57,531 nucleotides of DNA. Origin: an uncultured Candidatus Saccharibacteria bacterium (GTDB taxonomy: Bacteria > Patescibacteriota > UBA1384 > XYA2-FULL-43-10 > 1-14-0-10-43-13). The stretch spans positions 10,367-67,897 of the forward strand of contig CAYQPT010000001.1 in the NCBI GenBank assembly GCA_964419835.1, read 5' to 3'. The notes below the pieces were generated by a model. The model had not been told where the DNA came from. It made no database searches and was given only the letters and a program-made list of their open reading frames with translations. Below are positions 57,194 to 57,531 of the stretch, piece by piece (position 1 is the first letter of the stretch; the number at the start of each line of letters is the position of its first letter). A program made the position numbers and the translations under genes.

Positions 57194-57531
57194 CTAGCTA
57201 GTTGACGCGCGTTCTTTCTCAAGTGAATTTAGAAATTTAATCAGCATTAAGTCGTCTATATAGTATTCTTTATCCTCCCCCATAACGCCTCCAAACTTTG
57301 CGTACATCTTCCTTGTTAGCCAATAACAATTCGCCCACCTGCAATGAGCAAGATAAGACGCTGCCACCTGTTTGCCTTGTTTGCGATTAGTTTTGGAAAG
57401 AATTTCCATTTTCCTTTTCCACTCGCCTGCAACCCGTTTCCTAATCAATACATAATCAGGCCTGACGATATACCCCACAAAATCAATCCCCGAAGCTATC
57501 GGCCTAATAAACTGTTTCTTCGGGTGAACCG
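57194..57531 (-). CDS. reverse transcriptase, C-terminal fragment (5' part outside window)
   Basis: The frame stays open to the window edge: ...VHPKKQFIRPIASGIDFVGYIVRPDYVLIRKRV... This parallels GIDLLGYVVLPYHTVLRTKTKRR of the DGR RT. SYLAHCRWANCYWL resembles SYTGLLDHCNAYNL. Confidence 0.6.
   Translation of the reverse strand, partial: VHPKKQFIRPIASGIDFVGYIVRPDYVLIRKRVAGEWKRKMEILSKTNRKQGKQVAASYLAHCRWANCYWLTRKMYAKFGGVMGEDKEYYIDDLMLIKFLNSLEKERASTS

Overview
Low-GC (roughly 35-40% by eye) bacterial contig with standard-code ORFs and tight gene packing. Housekeeping genes include rsmH, queH, smpB, an HU gene, ymdB, rny, a DUF881 pair, an AI-2E transporter, yhhQ and two tRNAs. Together with many S/T-rich secreted proteins and a DGR, this fits a small-genome Patescibacteria/CPR-like organism; that placement is inference only. 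Layout: (1) 1-1957 is the tail of a type IV secretion/conjugation module (VirB4-like ATPase plus M23 peptidase). (2) 2148-17691 is an eleven-gene, same-strand, near-gapless array. It opens with restriction-type genes (DUF262/GmrSD-like, MmeI-family RM enzyme, SF2 helicase, T5orf172/GIY-YIG nuclease). It continues into unknowns: a stand-alone REC domain, a 1021-aa protein, a DUF2779 nuclease and membrane/PKD proteins. (3) 18672-24432 holds a PLD-nuclease/XRE pair followed by a large serine recombinase. The recombinase sits inside two abutting segments, each bounded by long perfect or near-perfect inverted repeats that meet at a shared CCACCA junction. (4) 24.7-35.9 kb encodes secreted surface proteins. 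Two paralogues share a 969-bp 100%-identical block and flank a Fic gene. (5) 36-44 kb is the housekeeping core, with two tRNAs and an unexplained GC-rich structured region. (6) 44.2-52.1 kb is an accessory island: a second PLD/XRE pair, a CBASS-like operon (HNH-SAVED, CD-NTase, E2-like), and a complete diversity-generating retroelement. The DGR's VR/TR mismatches are adenine-specific by hand alignment. It is atypical: Avd is on the opposite strand, and a (GA)23 tract flanked by hairpins lies inside the RT ORF. (7) 52.1-57.5 kb carries an ABC transporter pair, a 1033-aa FN3 surface protein and the 3' end of a second RT running off the window. No CRISPR array or rRNA was seen. All domain calls come from motif recognition by eye; no searches were run.
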